The notes beneath the pieces are model-generated. The model searched no databases and was not told the DNA's origin. It saw only the letters and a list, made by a program, of their open reading frames with translations. From contig OX597839.1 in assembly GCA_951406725.2 (NCBI GenBank), positions 32,302,001-32,366,000 of the forward strand: a stretch of 64,000 nt of DNA, read 5' to 3'. Source of the DNA: Octopus vulgaris. Its lineage: Eukaryota. A program made the position numbers and the translations under genes. Shown piece by piece: positions 25,113 through 39,564 of this stretch. The stretch's first letter is position 1, and every line of letters begins with the position of its first letter.

Positions 25113-25523
25113 CAGTGAAGGACGGTACCCCAGCTCTTCAAAATCATCAGTTTTAGCTGCGGCCTTTATTAGCATCGACCGAACTGCCCTCATCCATAAT
25201 AGGGGTCATTTCACCTCATACCTCTTAATTAGATGAGTTGCGGCTCGTCAAGCTCGTAAACACTCAAGAACGAACAAGGTGGGGCAGGGCACGGACCACA
25301 CCTTCAACCAAGAACAGAAATACCCCAAGGTTTTCATAGCCAACAGTTTTTACCAGTTTATGTAACTACTTGCCCCGCGCAGTACAGGTGCCCTACACAC
25401 ACACACACACACACACACATGTATTTATAACGTACGTGTATATATATTCATATATATAAAAGTATGTACATATATATGTGTGTGTGTGTGTGTGTCTGTA
25501 CATATATATACATATATATATAT

Positions 25524-25900
<377 letters not shown>

Positions 25901-25947
25901 CTCAAAACAATTGGTCCATGTTACACACATGTAGGAAATCTAATCTA

Positions 25948-26491
25948 CAGGGTGATTCAAAAGTCTCCGTTCATAGGAAAAATTTATTTATTTTTTTTAT
26001 AAGAGACATTTTATAAGATCTCCTGATATGACCCCCCTTGATTTCTGTCTTTGCGGGGGCATTTGAAAGGCATGGTGTATCGCGAAAAGTTAAAATACAT
26101 GAAGGAACGCATCACCGAATTACGAGTTCACAAATAGTTGGGTTAACGTATTGCAATGTGTATTCATAACAACAGATGTCTTTAAAATAAAACTGGATCT
26201 CTTCTTGTCAGGTGTCCCAGATGAACCAACTTCATGGCAGGAGGTGCAGATGAGGGCAGCTGCATCGAACTCTCTCATGCACCAAATGGCAATTGCTAAA
26301 AAGCATTCGTGAAGTAAAATCATGTAGCAACACCAAATGACGGTGCCCCAGCATGGCCACAGCTTGTAAGCTGAAACTAGATAAATAAATAAAAAAATAA
26401 AATAATGGTAACCATGCAGAGCCTGTTAAAAAAAATTGCTCTTATAAAAAGATAAATTGATCCTATGTATGGCGGCTTTTGAATCACCCTG
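25948..26491 (+). mobile_element. Internally deleted Tc1/mariner-superfamily element with TA TSD
   Basis: TIRs ta|cagggtgattcaaaag and cttttgaatcaccctg|ta; residual RSPDMTPLDF..LKGMVYR. Confidence 0.85.
26140..26400 (+). mobile_element. 3' end of a CR1/L2-like LINE nested in the DNA transposon
   Basis: Encodes VFKIKLDLFLSGVPDEP..RAAASNSL, then 3' UTR cggtgccccagcatggccacagc..ctgaaactag and (TAAA)n. Confidence 0.7.
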
Positions 26492-27116
26492 TAGTCCGTA
26501 TCTGTCATACAGTCGTTACTGTCTGAGATGTTTCGGGAGGCTTTTAATACCTCATCTTTTATCGAATAGTCCCGCACAATCTCAGCGTGCGCCTAAAGAG
26601 TCATTGCGGTAACCCCCTTGTACGATAGAATGGGACGTCTCTACGAACACTTCTAGATGCCCGAAGAAATCCGATCGCTCTACTCAGGTTGGGGTATCAA
26701 CAGCAGTTAGACTGAAGGAACCACCCTTACCACAACAGTTCAGTACCACAGACTTACAACCGTGGGCCAGGAAGATCCTCCGCACTTCGAGATATGAACC
26801 TTTCTACAAACAACACTTTTGTTTCCGCTTGATCCAAGCAGACAAGAAGATGCATACATTTCGAAGTCATCGAAAATAGGGCACAATTCTGGCGTTGATT
26901 TATAGATCACTCTGATTGTGGCCACCACATCTACATCTAGTGACCTAAGGTCATTTGAGTAATTGACCTTAATAACGAGGCAGGTCTAGAATTCCGTGTA
27001 TTTTATACAACGCACTCTGAGTACAGGCAGACTGGTCAGGGAAGAGGATAAAACACAAAAAACAAACAGCAACAAAAACTACAAAAAGCAACAAAAACAA
27101 AAGCGACAACAACAAC

Positions 27117-27169
<53 letters not shown>

Positions 27170-27267
27170 TAATATTAATAGTATCAGCAGAATATCAGTA
27201 GAAACCAGGTAAAAATGCTGACAGCAGCAAAGGCGCATCCAAAATAGAATCACTATAGAAGATAACG

Positions 27268-27341
<74 letters not shown>

Positions 27342-27692
27342 GATCATTGTAGTGGTGGTGGGGGGGGGTGATGGCGGCGAAGAAGAAGACGAAGAAGTTG
27401 GCTGTATTTGCTGTATCATCAGCAGCAACGGACTTCTTCGAGGAAGATGCCAAGGAGAGAGATCGATAAATCGATCGATAGATCTCACAGGAAACGTCCC
27501 ACACCACACACAGCCACCCCCACCCCTCCCCCAATACAATATACACATGTAGACTCGCACACACACACACACACACACATGAATGGACATACATAAATAA
27601 ATACATACTTGGATACACACAGCACACGTGTACATATACGTATATACACAAACACACACACACACATCTATACGTTTATATATATATAAACG

Positions 27693-27724
<32 letters not shown>

Positions 27725-27886
27725 CACACACACACATATATATATATATATACATATATACATATATACATGTATGTATGTATGTATGTATGTATATATG
27801 TATATATATATCTATATATGTATATATGTATATATATGTATATATATGTATGTGTATATATATGTATATATATGTATGTATGTATA

Positions 27887-27934
<48 letters not shown>

Positions 27935-28258
27935 CGTAAACGTATATCTATATATATATATATATATATAAACGTAAACGTATATATATATATATACATA
28001 CATACATACATACGCATCTCCATAACCATGAGTGCACATAAATTAAAATACATAAATACACAAAATACCTTCATAGACACATACACACACGCACCCATAT
28101 ATACGTATGTATGTCTTACAGGTATACGTACGTCCGTATGTGTGTGTGTGTGTGCGTGTATGAGAATACACACATACAAATCACACAAAATTTCATATTG
28201 CCATACATATGTATATGTATATACACACACATGTGTATATATGTGTATATATATATGG

Positions 28259-28321
<63 letters not shown>

Positions 28322-28397
28322 TATTTGTCCATATATGTACATATACACATTGTTATAATGCATGTATTTATATGTGTATTGTGTATGAGTACGTAAG

Positions 28398-28453
<56 letters not shown>

Positions 28454-28485
28454 ATAGGGTTTGTGTGTGTATGTATGTATGTATG

Positions 28486-28526
<41 letters not shown>

Positions 28527-28769
28527 TTACATATATTCGATCTTGCATACATTCATAGAAGCGTGCGTACACCCGTGCACGTAAGCATGCATAAATACCT
28601 ATATAGACACACATACATATATCTACATATACCCACACACATGCACACACATATATATGCACACATACTCATACACACCTATACACGTACATACATGAAT
28701 ACACATACACAGCAGCTAACGTACCTACATTCATAAATACTTACGTACATACTTATACACACCTACATC

Positions 28770-28816
<47 letters not shown>

Positions 28817-29175
28817 GTCACATGATGCTGAAGTTAACATGTGGGGAAACGAAGACATCTTTCCTCACAATCAGCCATCTTCCTTCTTTTTCTCTTCTTA
28901 GGCTTTTTTCTTACCGTTTTCCTTCTCTTTTTCCTTCCTAGTTTCATTCAAGTCTTTTTCTTTCTTTTCTTCTTATTTTTTGTATCGCTTTTTTATATTT
29001 TATTTATTTACTTAATTTTTTTGTATATATTTCTTCACAAATTTTGTTTCTTTACGCCATATTTTTTCCGGCTTTCCGTCCTTCTTTCTTTCTTTCTTTC
29101 TCTATTCATGATGGAATTCGCTACATGAATTTCACTTAGAAACAGACACCTTCATGAGAGCAGATGTACATACAA

Positions 29176-29226
<51 letters not shown>

Positions 29227-29256
29227 TACACACACACATATATAATATATATGATT

Positions 29257-29311
<55 letters not shown>

Positions 29312-29483
29312 GAGAGAGAGATGGATACGAGATACACATGTATACATGTATCTATGGTTTATATATGTGTGTGTATAGATGTATATGTTCACACACATAC
29401 ATACATATGTATATATATGTACATGTGTACATATGTATGAGCCTAATTGTAGATACCATAGATTCAAATGAAACTGTGCGTGC

Positions 29484-29580
<97 letters not shown>

Positions 29581-29616
29581 CTTATATATACATATATTTA
29601 CATATATTTATATACA

Positions 29617-29651
<35 letters not shown>

Positions 29652-29661
29652 ACATACATAA

Positions 29662-29697
<36 letters not shown>

Positions 29698-29792
29698 ATG
29701 CCCATTCATGTGTATGAAGGGAAAAGAGATACAAAAATGGAGAAAACTGCCTACATTTCATTATGAGAATATACAAATACCTATATAAACAC

Positions 29793-29880
<88 letters not shown>

Positions 29881-29980
29881 TGTGTGTCTGTGTGTGTGTA
29901 TGCGTGTATATGTATATATGTATGTATATGTATATATATATATATATGTATATATATTTGTATATATATATATATGTATA

Positions 29981-30032
<52 letters not shown>

Positions 30033-30124
30033 AATCATATATACATATGTGCACGCATACACACACACACTCATACATGTAAATATACATATGCACGTAT
30101 GTTTCTATATGTAGGGAAATTATA

Positions 30125-30160
<36 letters not shown>

Positions 30161-30350
30161 CCCATGTGTGTGTGTGGGTATATATATATATATATATATG
30201 TGTGTATGTGTGTGTGTGTGTGTGGGTATTTATGATTTTCTGCAGTCAAGTGCATTAATTGAGGAAATGCGTGAATTTTTGTTGCTTTTGGAGATTGTTG
30301 GGAACAGGGAAGATGCGCCGGTTCCGTATCACACATGCACGCACACACAT

Positions 30351-30405
<55 letters not shown>

Positions 30406-30615
30406 CACACACACACACACACATACGCAACCATGCACGCACATGCACACAGAGATCCGCACACACACGCACTCATATATATATATATATATATATATAT
30501 ACACCCATGCACACACAGACACACACACTCCCGCACACACTCACAAAAGCACATGCACAGACACAGAAGCAGTTTGATAGACATTGATATACACATGCAT
30601 ACATACGTATATATA

Positions 30616-30662
<47 letters not shown>

Positions 30663-30770
30663 ATCTGCACACAACTACGCTTATAGGCATACGTGCGCCT
30701 GTAGATATATATGCGTATAACGTGTGTGTGTGTGTGTGTGTGTACATATGCATATGTGTGTGATTTTCAC

Positions 30771-30802
<32 letters not shown>

Positions 30803-30876
30803 TGTATACACCTGTATACACCCACACATTCACATATACGCATTCAAAATGCCAGATTCGTAGTACAGAATATGTA

Positions 30877-30942
<66 letters not shown>

Positions 30943-31032
30943 ATATGTATGTATGTATATACATATATATACATACAGAGATATATATCTATATATATGT
31001 AGGTATACACACATAAACTAGCATATTGTTAC

Positions 31033-31065
<33 letters not shown>

Positions 31066-31100
31066 CATATATTTCCTACAAGCACACAGACACACACACA

Positions 31101-31173
31101 TTCTCCATAGCTCAGTGTTTAGAGCACTGGTCTTGTAAACCAGAGGGCGTGAGTTCGATCCTCAAGGGTGCTG
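31101..31173 (+). tRNA. tRNA-Thr(TGT) pseudogene
   Basis: ctccatagctcagtgtttagagcactggtctTGTaaaccag..gtgagttcgatcctca is very close to metazoan tRNA-Thr(UGU). Anticodon and T arms are intact, the D-loop GG is changed to GT, and the acceptor stem is broken. Confidence 0.8.
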
Positions 31174-31234
31174 TGATAGCATCTATCTATCTACCTACCT
31201 ACCTACCTACCTACATACCTACCTACCTACCTAC

Positions 31235-31354
<120 letters not shown>

Positions 31355-31394
31355 GCATGTGCACAAGTATGTCTGCACATAGAGATGTGAACGC

Positions 31395-31680
31395 ATTTAC
31401 CGATGTAAACACACCAACATCGGTTATCAAGCGACGGTGGAGGAGCAACGATTGACACACACACACACATATACACACATATATATATACATGTAATGTA
31501 TATAAGTACATATATACATGGGCTTCTTTCAGTTTCCGTCTACCAAATCCATTCACAAGGCTTTGATTAGCGCGAGGTTATAGTAGAGGACATTTACCCA
31601 AGGTGCCACGCAGTGGGACTGAACCCGGAACCATGTGGCTGGTAAACAAGTTTCATACCACACAACCACTCCTGCACCTC
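31395..31680 (-). mobile_element. SINE A copy, partial
   Basis: ggcttctttcagtttccgtctaccaaatcc...gtgggactgaacccggaaccatgtgg. Confidence 0.8.
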
Positions 31681-32264
31681 ACAGCCTCCCTCTCACTCTC
31701 TTACTCTCTCCCTCCCTCCTCTATATATATACATATGTGTGTATACATATACACGTGTATATATACATATACATGTATCTATTTTTATGTGTAGGTATTG
31801 TATATGTATATAGGTATGCATATATATATGCACATATATGCGTGTGTGTATGTATGTATATATAAATGTGTGCATGTATATACATGTGCATATGTATACA
31901 TGTGCATGTGTGTGTCCATATATATATTTACATATATATATATATATATATAAATACTTATACATGCGTGTGCAAGTGTGTATAAATGCACGTACACCCC
32001 CCCCCCCCCTCACCACATGTTCAGTATATCCAGGGATTATCGATAAACCGTATGGACCTCCACGTGACCAGAATACACAAACCGAACTACATGTTTACCG
32101 GGATATATAGCGTGTATACATGCGAAGCCGCATTCATTTCCACACAACTGCACTCCGCCCCAACGCCACTTCACTCACAAGCACATACAGCTGTATAGGG
32201 CAGCCAGCGCAATCATACACGCACCTCAATTGACTCTGATACATACAATATATATTACTGTATG

Positions 32265-32344
<80 letters not shown>

Positions 32345-32348
32345 CACA

Positions 32349-32385
<37 letters not shown>

Positions 32386-32394
32386 ACACACATA

Positions 32395-32622
32395 TACTCT
32401 TTTACTTGATTCAGTAAGCACGGCCTTTAGTCGAGCAAATCGATTCCAGGATTTATTCTTAACTAAGCCTAGTACTTATTCTATCGGTTCTCTTTTTGCC
32501 GAACCGCTTAGCTACAGGGACGTAAACACACCAGCATCGGTTGTCAAGCGATGTTGGGGGGACAAACACAGACACACAAACTTATACACACACATACATA
32601 CATACATACATACATACATACA

Positions 32623-32656
<34 letters not shown>

Positions 32657-32674
32657 CATATGTATGTATGTATG

Positions 32675-32726
<52 letters not shown>

Positions 32727-32882
32727 CGACGGGCTTCTTTCAGTTTCTGTCCGCCAAATCCACTCACAAGGCTTTGGTTGGCCCGAGGCTATAGTAGAAA
32801 CACTTGCCCAAGGTGCCACGCAGTGGGACTAAACCCGGAACCATGTGGTTGGTAAGCAAGCTACTTACCACACAGCCACTAT
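32395..32882 (-). mobile_element. SINE A copy with expanded internal microsatellite
   Basis: Both halves match family A, separated by (CATA)n(TATG)n(TA)n. Confidence 0.85.
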
Positions 32883-32920
32883 TACGCATATATATAATAA
32901 TTCACAAACAATATAATTAG

Positions 32921-33078
32921 TTTGGTAGAAAATGTGTAATTAGTGGCTGGAAAATACAGTTAATGAGTAGAAAATGGTATTGGTTGGTAGAAGATGTAAT
33001 TGTCGGGTGGAAAATGTATTTAGTGGGTAGAAAATGTTATTTGAGTGTGGAAAATAGAATTAATGTGTAGAATATCGT
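32921..33078. repeat. Degenerate 20-bp minisatellite, about 8 copies
   Basis: Consensus near tagtgggtagaaaatgtaat with 20-nt periodicity. Confidence 0.7.
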
Positions 33079-33189
33079 TGCAGTGCTGTTTTAAAATCTA
33101 AAATCCGCAAGCAAGGGAGATAACCGCAATTAGGTCAGCTGATCAAGATTTGTAGAGCATATTGACAATATGAATTAGATATAAAAAAA

Positions 33190-34650
33190 TGTCTTCGACT
33201 CATTGCGAAGGTCTGTCGAAAGTAAAGAGATCGTATGACATTCCTGACATGCCGACGAGGATGGTGCTGGCCATGTGCGACGCCTTCGAGACAATAGTAG
33301 TGGACGACGTGGGAAAGACATGGTGGTTTAAGGTTACAATTGGAGTCAAGCAGGGAGGTGTTATGTCCTGCTTCCTGTTTCTCGTGGCGATAGACTGGGT
33401 CATGCGAAGAACAACAGAAAGGCATCGATGGAATGGCCTTAGATGGAACCTCACGAGCGCGCTCGAAGATCCCGAATTTGCGGAAGATGCAGCGTTGCTG
33501 TCATCCACCTACGAACACATCCGGTGCAAGACACAGACTAGCAGCGAACCCTGACAGAATTGACCTTAAACTCAACCCCGACAACTGTAAATCAAGCTCT
33601 TGTGAGAATCGAGGCCAACAACGTGAAAGACGTCGAAGAATTTGTTAACCTCGGGACGACAGTCAAGACAGACGTAGAGAGAACGGAGGATATAAAGCAT
33701 ACAATATCCAAAACCCGTAGAGCATTCTACAATCTAACAAAGCAGAGACGTGCCGCCTGGGTAGGCAAGGTAGGTAGTGCCTACCCTGAATGAAATAGAT
33801 CGATAGTAACATTTTCCTTTTATAGCAAAATATGCACCTAATTCAATAAAATTATGAAAGTTACATATAATGCAAAATATTTTTTTTTGTAGATTTCGTA
33901 GTCATAATTCTCCCCTGCTTTTCAATCTCAATATTTAAGCTATGCATAGAACTGCTGTAGCACACATGCTGCGTACATTCCTACAACAACGCTTTCTTTA
34001 CACACTTTAAAGGCAGAAGTAAATCTGCCTCTAACTCAGTCGCGCGCCTGTGTTTCGCTTATGTTTTTGTGTTTTACTCCATAAACGACACCAACTGCCT
34101 ACCCTGAGTAATTACTGACGGCACGTACCTGTAACAAAGGTATGGGGAAGCAAAGGTATTGGTTGAGAAAGGAAACTGAAGCTGTTCAAAATATGAAAAC
34201 TGGGAAGTGACAAAAAATGGAAGAAACGTCACTGGACAGCTTCCAATTGACATGTTTAAGGAGAATACTTGACATGAAGTGGCTGCAAAGAGTCCGAAAT
34301 GACCCAATTGAGACAACAACGGACGTCAACAGGATCAGTGACGAAATACGATGTAGATACGGGAACTGGATTGGACACATCCTCAGACAAGATTGAAAAA
34401 GCGATTGTATAATGGCACTAAAGTGGAAACCCGATGAGGAAAGAACAGCTGGGCGTCCTAAGAGCAAATGGCGAAGGACCAGTGCCAAGGAAAGGTGGCG
34501 AGAAGGGTGGAGAAAAAGCTGGAATGAAGCTGGAATGAGACCAAAAGAGTGGCAGAAAACAAAGTTGGTTGGAGAGAAATCGTGTTGCAGCCTTTTGTGC
34601 CTCTGAGCATGGAGAGAACTAAATAAGTAAGTACTAACTAACTAACTAAC
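33190..34650 (+). mobile_element. 5'-truncated RTE-clade LINE (RT C-terminal half to 3' tail), interrupted by a hAT-type MITE
   Basis: WFKVTIGVKQGGVMSCFLFLVAIDWVMRR..LEDPEFAEDAALLS, VEEFVNLG, WIGHILR, ALKWKPD..GRPKSKWRR; ends in (TAAG)/(CTAA)n. Confidence 0.9.
33743..34131. mobile_element. hAT-type MITE (389 bp)
   Basis: 8-bp TSD TAACAAAG (33735-33742 and 34132-34139), imperfect TIRs CAGAGACGTGCCG/CGGCACGTACCTG, and subterminal tgcctaccctga repeats. Confidence 0.85.
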
Positions 34651-35315
34651 TAAATTAGACCTGTCTTTACATCGAACTGGTGAAAGTAGCAGTCATGTTT
34701 CAATCTTATTAAATCTCATCAGTGAAATATAATCGCCTAGTAAAATAGTAAACACACGCACGCACGCACACTCACAAGCACGCACACATACATCTTTATG
34801 TTAGCCTCGCGCGATTTGTCCCCGACAAATGCGTTTAGAAAGTAACTCAGTGACGCCATGTGTATGATAAACAACAGTTAAGTCAATGCTGTTATATTCA
34901 GTAATATTTCAAAGCGTATTACAAGATCTTTCAAGAACTTGTTCATCGTTTCGCGAATGTTCGTTCGCTTGTTCAGCCTTGCTCCTGTTCTCCGCGCTTT
35001 AGCTACTTCAAGCAGAGAAGAAGGATAGCAAAGTTTATTATTCCGTGTTCGGTCTAACATTGCAAAGATGTCACGTTTTAGAGAGGCTTGTCTGTCTCGA
35101 TTGCTGGTTGGCTGGTTTCGTGTGTGTGTGTGTGTGTGTGTGTGTAGGTGGGGGGCTTCTGATGATTGTGTGGAGGACTTAACGCTTCAAAAGAACGAAA
35201 CCGATATTTTTGTGACACGCAGTCATTCTTCCATAAATGTATGCACTGGAATAGATATTCTGCATACATGCATAAGTACATTCATACATACACACACTTA
35301 TGACTGTCTATTATC

Positions 35316-35384
<69 letters not shown>

Positions 35385-35393
35385 ATATATATG

Positions 35394-35441
<48 letters not shown>

Positions 35442-35454
35442 TATATATATATAC

Positions 35455-35547
<93 letters not shown>

Positions 35548-35617
35548 TACACATATATATATACACATACATGCATATACATACATAAACACACACGCAC
35601 AAACACACAGACATAGG

Positions 35618-35651
<34 letters not shown>

Positions 35652-35952
35652 TGTATGTATGTATGTATGTGTATATATCTTTTGTCTTTATCGATATACA
35701 AACGTACAATGTGTACATACATTGAGTCAGAATGCAACACAAGTCTTCTCCTAATCTCCCATTTGGAAATTGAAGCATGAAAGAAAACAGTATTTTCGTA
35801 GAAAAATCTCCTTCGAAGGAAAACCTGACATGATTTTCGTTTGAGATTTGGAACGACAAGAACAATTTCGTTTCGAAATGTCCCGTGACTAAATACAAAT
35901 CAGAAAGACTTCTGTATCAGCAACAACAACATCAGATAAACTTAATCAAAAC

Positions 35953-36150
35953 AAGGCGGTGAGGTGGCACAGTCGTTAGCAAACCGGACAAAATGCTAAA
36001 CGACATTTCATCCGTCTTTACGTTCTGAGTTCAAATTTCGCCGAGCTCGACTTTGCCTTTCATTCCTTTTCTGGTGTCGATAAATTAAGTACCATTTGAA
36101 CACTAGGGTTGATGTAATCGACTGAATCTTTCCCCAGAAATTACTGGCCT
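35953..36150 (+). mobile_element. SINE B copy
   Basis: aaggcggtgag..ttctgagttcaaatt..gactttgcctttcat. Confidence 0.75.
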
Positions 36151-36619
36151 TCACCAGTTGTAGGTAACCTCCGTGACTTCCAGATGCCATTCCGTTTGAC
36201 CCCAGAACTGCCGGACCGGCTTACTTCAACAAAGACCTCAAGGGTAAACATTCTACATACCACACTCCCCTTCACACAGAAATAGGGCTACAAATGGTTT
36301 GTCTCTCTAAATCTGAGATGTTAGAACTTTGTACGTGCAGCCGATAAATTGCATCGTATTTTGAAGATTATACATTTGCTATTAAAGAGCAGACGACATG
36401 TACGAAACGTCCGACGAGCAAAAGAAAGAAACAATTGAAACTCACCTTCCCACAAAAATACGATCCAAAATGTCGATTGTGTCACACTCCTCTGGAAGAT
36501 ATTGTATTTCTGACCAGGTGTTGCCCCACCCTAAGATGATATTAAGGAAGATATAGTATAGCTGACCAAGTGTTGCTCTACCCTAAGGTGATATTAAAGT
36601 AAAAACACTCGATTTGGAA

Positions 36620-36739
36620 CCACTAAGTTTAGGTTCGATCCCACTGTGCGGCACCTTGGGCAATTTTCTTCCACTATAGCTTCGGGCCGACCAAAGCCGT
36701 GTAAGTGAATTTGATAGACGGAAATGAATGAAGCCCGTC

Positions 36740-36777
<38 letters not shown>

Positions 36778-36945
36778 ATTAAGTCGATAACATCGACCCA
36801 TTGCGCAACTGGTACTAATTTTAGTGACCTCGAAAGGATGAAAGGCAAAGTCGACCTCGGCGGAATTTGAACTCAGAACGTAACGGCAGACGAAATACTG
36901 CGAAGCATTTCGCCTGGAGTGCTAACGATTCTGCCAGCTCGCCAA
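36620..36945. mobile_element. Partial SINE A (+) followed by SINE B (-)
   Basis: ggcaccttgggcaa..aagcccgtcg(TA)n, then the reverse complement of family B. Confidence 0.7.
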
Positions 36946-36967
36946 CTTAATAGTAGTGGTAGTACTA

Positions 36968-37059
<92 letters not shown>

Positions 37060-37828
37060 TGTGATAATAATTATTGTTATTGGTGTTGTTATCATTCATA
37101 GCTTGATAAATGCTTCATAAGCATTTCTGTACATCTAAAGACGTATAAAAATGTTCAAGGTTTCCAAACATTGTGAGAATACCCTGAACATATTTACCGA
37201 TCCTAACATTGGAGATTTCCTAGAACGTGCTCATGGCCATCTTCGCAGGTAATATACTTACGTCTTCACACGAAGTCATTGTACGTAAGTTTTGCTATAT
37301 ATCAATTACGAACGAAATCATAGACAGGTGCCTTAGCAACAATAAATGCTTTTAATTCGACCGCTAAGTCGGTGAGATTCTTTGGAGATCCAGCTGTCGG
37401 CCAGGAGCGCCATGTCACCGCTTTGCTGCTGATGGTGGTGCTGCTGTTGTCATGTTGTATTCAGTAAAGGTTTCTTTGTGTTCTCAGTGTGAATCGTGTA
37501 TTCCACTTTGATTTTTCCTCCTTCGGGGAACACATTAATACATACATACATACATACATACATACATACATACATACTCTTTCCCTCGCCTGTAACCTAC
37601 CCCCACATATATAAAAACACGCACACATACATATTCATATGTCTAAACATACATACATATACATGCAAACATGCACATATATGTGTAATATAAAATATGC
37701 GTATATATACTTATATATTGATGCACACACGTATATAGTAATAAGTATATATTTCTCTATCTCTATATATGTATATATCTATATGTGTGTGTATGTACGT
37801 TTATATGTCTGTTTATATATACACGTCT

Positions 37829-37874
<46 letters not shown>

Positions 37875-37893
37875 TGTATATATAAATGTCTAG

Positions 37894-37957
<64 letters not shown>

Positions 37958-38026
37958 ATAGAAAGGCTATAGAAAAGTTAGAAAGAAAATAGTGAATGCA
38001 AGCATTATCATTGTTGCTGTTGCTGC

Positions 38027-38087
<61 letters not shown>

Positions 38088-38551
38088 TGCGCGCGTGTGT
38101 TGCTCGGTTCGATAAAAGGCAGCTCGGTGTCAGGGACAGGTGAAACATCTGACTGACAACGAAGTGGTTCGTTTGTTTGCGATGAGATCACAAGCAAAAT
38201 ATTGCGTGTATCGACCGGGAGGCTTGGAAACGGAGAGGAGAGCGGCATCACCAGTGCATCACCAGGCGCTGCATACTTGCAAGCGCGCGTCGCATATTTG
38301 CATACTTGCAAGCATGCAGGAATTTGTGCAACGTTTCTGCAAGCGAAAATAAGATGCACAATGGCTGTGCATGAAAGTTTTCTGTGTTGTGTGGAGTTTA
38401 TGAAGAAGCGAAGGTTCGTGTTGTTTTCAACAGCCACACATCCTTACAAAGTGTTTTGTGTGTGTGTGTGTGTGAGATGACTGTATATTTATGTATGTGT
38501 GCAAATATGTATACGCGTGTGTATTTATTTGTTTGGTAGTATCTAAGGATT

Positions 38552-38603
<52 letters not shown>

Positions 38604-38604
<1 letters not shown>

Positions 38605-39069
38605 TAGCAGTATCGCCCGGCGTTGCTCGGGTTTGTAAGGAAATAATTATATAAGCATTTTTAGAGAGTTATAGCCAAAAAATAGCAAAAAAATGCATTA
38701 AAAATGGGAAAAAAAAATGATGGTAAATTTTTTTTTAAATCGTTGACTCATCGTAGACATTTTTAGAGAGTTACTTCCCTTATATAATAGCGAAAAAAAT
38801 GCATTAAAATGGAAAAAAATGATGGTAAATTTTTTTTTAAATCGTAGACTCATCGTTGACATTTTTAGAGAGTTACTTCCCTTATATAATAGCGAAAAAA
38901 ATGCATTAAAATGGAAAAAAATGATGGTAATTTTTTTTTTAAATCGTAGACTCATCGTTGACGCGCGCTAATACCCAGAAGGGCTCGATATGAATCCGCA
39001 AAATGTGGGAGTAGTTAGGAATCTAAATCGTAGGAGACAGACACACAACTTCTCTTTTATATATAAAGA
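38604..39069 (-). mobile_element. Non-autonomous Helitron with three internal 102-bp tandem units
   Basis: Same 3' hairpin and CTAG|T end as 22980; 5' A|TC at 39069. Units start at 38656, 38758 and 38860. Confidence 0.8.
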
Positions 39070-39111
39070 TATGCGCATATATTTGTATGTGAGTGTCAAA
39101 GGATGTACGTA

Positions 39112-39358
39112 GGTTCTTTTCTGATTTTAATTATTCAAATTTTTCCTCTGAATGAGGAACTGGTTTCTCACAGGGATACAAAGCTCCGTCTTTGGAATGT
39201 AGATGACGAAAACAATGCCACATTTTAAATTGGAGAAAAGTCTTCCATAGTCTTACGGTTCCGCTTACAGATCCTTCTTGCAATTTGCGAATTAATTGGT
39301 TGATTCCTTTTTCTGAAAACTGCTGCTATTTCAATTTATCACTTAGTGACTTCCAACT
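39112..39358. mobile_element. Dispersed repeat family F, second copy
   Basis: Homologous to 19200-19460. Confidence 0.6.
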
Positions 39359-39533
39359 GTATGTATGTATGTATGTATGTATGTATGTATGTATGTATGT
39401 ATGTATGTATGTATGTATGTATGTATGTATGTATGTATGTATGTGTGTATGTATGTATGTATGTGTGTGTATGTATGTATGTATGTAGGTATGTGTGTGT
39501 GTGTGTGTATGTATGTATGTGTATGTATGTATG

Positions 39534-39564
<31 letters not shown>

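Noticed and set aside
27370-27470. Short [18 protein letters not shown]...
   Set aside because: 32 codons within trinucleotide-rich sequence, with no supporting signals.
36495-36598. Two ~51-bp diverged tandem copies
   Set aside because: An ordinary local duplication with no further structure.
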